From positions 510,001 through 542,000 of the forward strand of contig NC_005072.1 in assembly GCF_000011465.1 (NCBI RefSeq): a stretch of DNA of 32,000 nt, read 5' to 3'. The position numbers and the translations under genes were made by a program. A model generated the notes under the pieces. It saw only the letters and a program-made list of their open reading frames with translations. It was not told the origin of the DNA and ran no database searches. Position 1 is the stretch's first letter, and the number at the start of each line of letters is the position of its first letter. Source of the DNA: Prochlorococcus marinus subsp. pastoris str. CCMP1986. GTDB lineage: Bacteria > Cyanobacteriota > Cyanobacteriia > PCC-6307 > Cyanobiaceae. Shown here in pieces: positions 31,135-32,000 of this stretch.

Positions 31135-31505
31135 TTAACAAAAGGGAACAATTTATTAAGTTTCCTTTCTGCTCTTGCTCTTATTGCAGGAGTCATATAT
31201 CTACTCCATATACTTAAAACTGCAGTGAGAGCAACAAAGTCATCACTGTAACCTACTAAAGGCATAAAGTCAGGAAATAGATCAAATGGCATTATTAAAT
31301 AAGCGAGTGCGGCCATTAAGGAAACTCTTACTTGTGTTGGAGTAAAAGGATCGAGAGCCATTTCTAGAACTTCTAAAGCTGGTTTTGCAATAGTTCTACC
31401 AGCTCTTATTAAGATTTTTATAATTATATTTTCATCTAATGATGAACTTTCTAAAACCTCTGCATCATAAATTTTTTCTTTGTCTTTGTAATAGCTATCA
31501 TTCAT
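31131..31505 (-). CDS. YkvA (DUF1232) family membrane protein
   Basis: 124-aa ORF with ALAYLIMPFDLFPDFMPLVGYSDDFVALTAVLSIW, typical of DUF1232. Confidence 0.88.
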   Translation of the reverse strand: MNDSYYKDKEKIYDAEVLESSSLDENIIIKILIRAGRTIAKPALEVLEMALDPFTPTQVRVSLMAALAYLIMPFDLFPDFMPLVGYSDDFVALTAVLSIWSRYMTPAIRARAERKLNKLFPFVK

Positions 31506-31510
31506 GATTT

Positions 31511-32000
31511 TTAGCTAACACTATCAACTAGTCCATTTTGGATTCCTGCTTTCCTAAGCTTTCTCAAGGCTCTTTGTACAACTTGTCTGCAATATTCTCT
31601 ACTACAACTCATATGTCTTGCAACTTCAGCCAAAGTTCTCCATTCATTTGAACCATCTAAACCGAATCTAAGGCTTACTATCTTTCTTTCTTTTTCAGTA
31701 AGATTTGCCTTGTCTAATAATGTCCAGGCAGAGGCTGTCCTCTCAGCTAGTTCTGCTAATTCCATTGGAGGCGTTTGATCGCTTGGCAGAATATCAACAA
31801 GTTCAGATGGATCCGACTTGGATTTTACCGTACCTTGAAGACTTACTGTTATACTCCTTAATTCGCAAGAAAGTAGTTCATCTATCTCCTCTTTAGTAAT
31901 TTTCAGTTCATTTGCTAACTCAATGCTAGTGGGAGGAAAACCTTTAAGTTGCATTAATTTTGATTTTGCTGCTCTTAATTTAGTAAGCTTTTCATTAATG
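31511..32000 (-). CDS. Group 2 (SigA-like) RNA polymerase sigma factor, C-terminal part; gene runs off the window edge
   Basis: Regions 3-4: LTEKERKIVSLRFGLDGSNEWRTLAEVARHMSCSREYCRQVVQRALRKLR. Frame stays open upstream of the tracked ATG 31954 to base 32000, reading INEKLTKLRAAKSKLMQLKG. Confidence 0.88.
   Translation of the reverse strand, partial: INEKLTKLRAAKSKLMQLKGFPPTSIELANELKITKEEIDELLSCELRSITVSLQGTVKSKSDPSELVDILPSDQTPPMELAELAERTASAWTLLDKANLTEKERKIVSLRFGLDGSNEWRTLAEVARHMSCSREYCRQVVQRALRKLRKAGIQNGLVDSVS

Noticed and set aside
30814-31505. Possible toxin-antitoxin pair (XRE-like HTH next to a small protein)
   Set aside because: The partner is a YkvA/DUF1232 membrane protein, not a recognised toxin, and the pair appears to be part of a sigma-factor operon.
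31705-31896. 63-aa + ORF antisense to the sigma factor
   Set aside because: Shadow ORF within a conserved sigma region 3-4 coding sequence.

Overview
This AT-rich window looks like the core chromosome of a marine picocyanobacterium, almost certainly Prochlorococcus (high-light type). That placement is my inference from protein similarity and gene order. In order it carries: lipoate-ligase-like gene; psaM; light-dependent POR; the dark-operative POR genes chlN-chlB-chlL; an alpha-carboxysome/Rubisco cluster (csoS1D, rdgB on the opposite strand, csoS1, rbcL, rbcS, csoS2, csoSCA, csoS4A, csoS4B, acRAF-like); ridA, gloB, hisG, ABC exporter, GNAT; a TIGR04282/TIGR04283-like glycosyltransferase pair; dnaA, GST-like, gor, a cation/Ca2+ antiporter, pyrC, tRNA-Leu(UAA), ndhL, a DUF3007-like gene, trpA, a cyAbrB gene with an apparent frameshift, a YCII protein, and a group-2 sigma factor/YkvA/HTH operon cut by the window end. 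I see no CRISPR array, transposase, phage module or defence system, and no convincing novel multi-gene system. The best second-look items are non-coding: (1) a cluster of four GATAAGT/ACTTATC half-sites, including a perfect 19-nt palindrome, in the csoS1 leader; (2) a GC-rich repeat element with mutually exclusive pairings in the same leader; (3) hairpins in each of the csoS1-rbcL, rbcL-rbcS and rbcS-csoS2 gaps; (4) a -1 frameshift at an A7 tract in cyAbrB.
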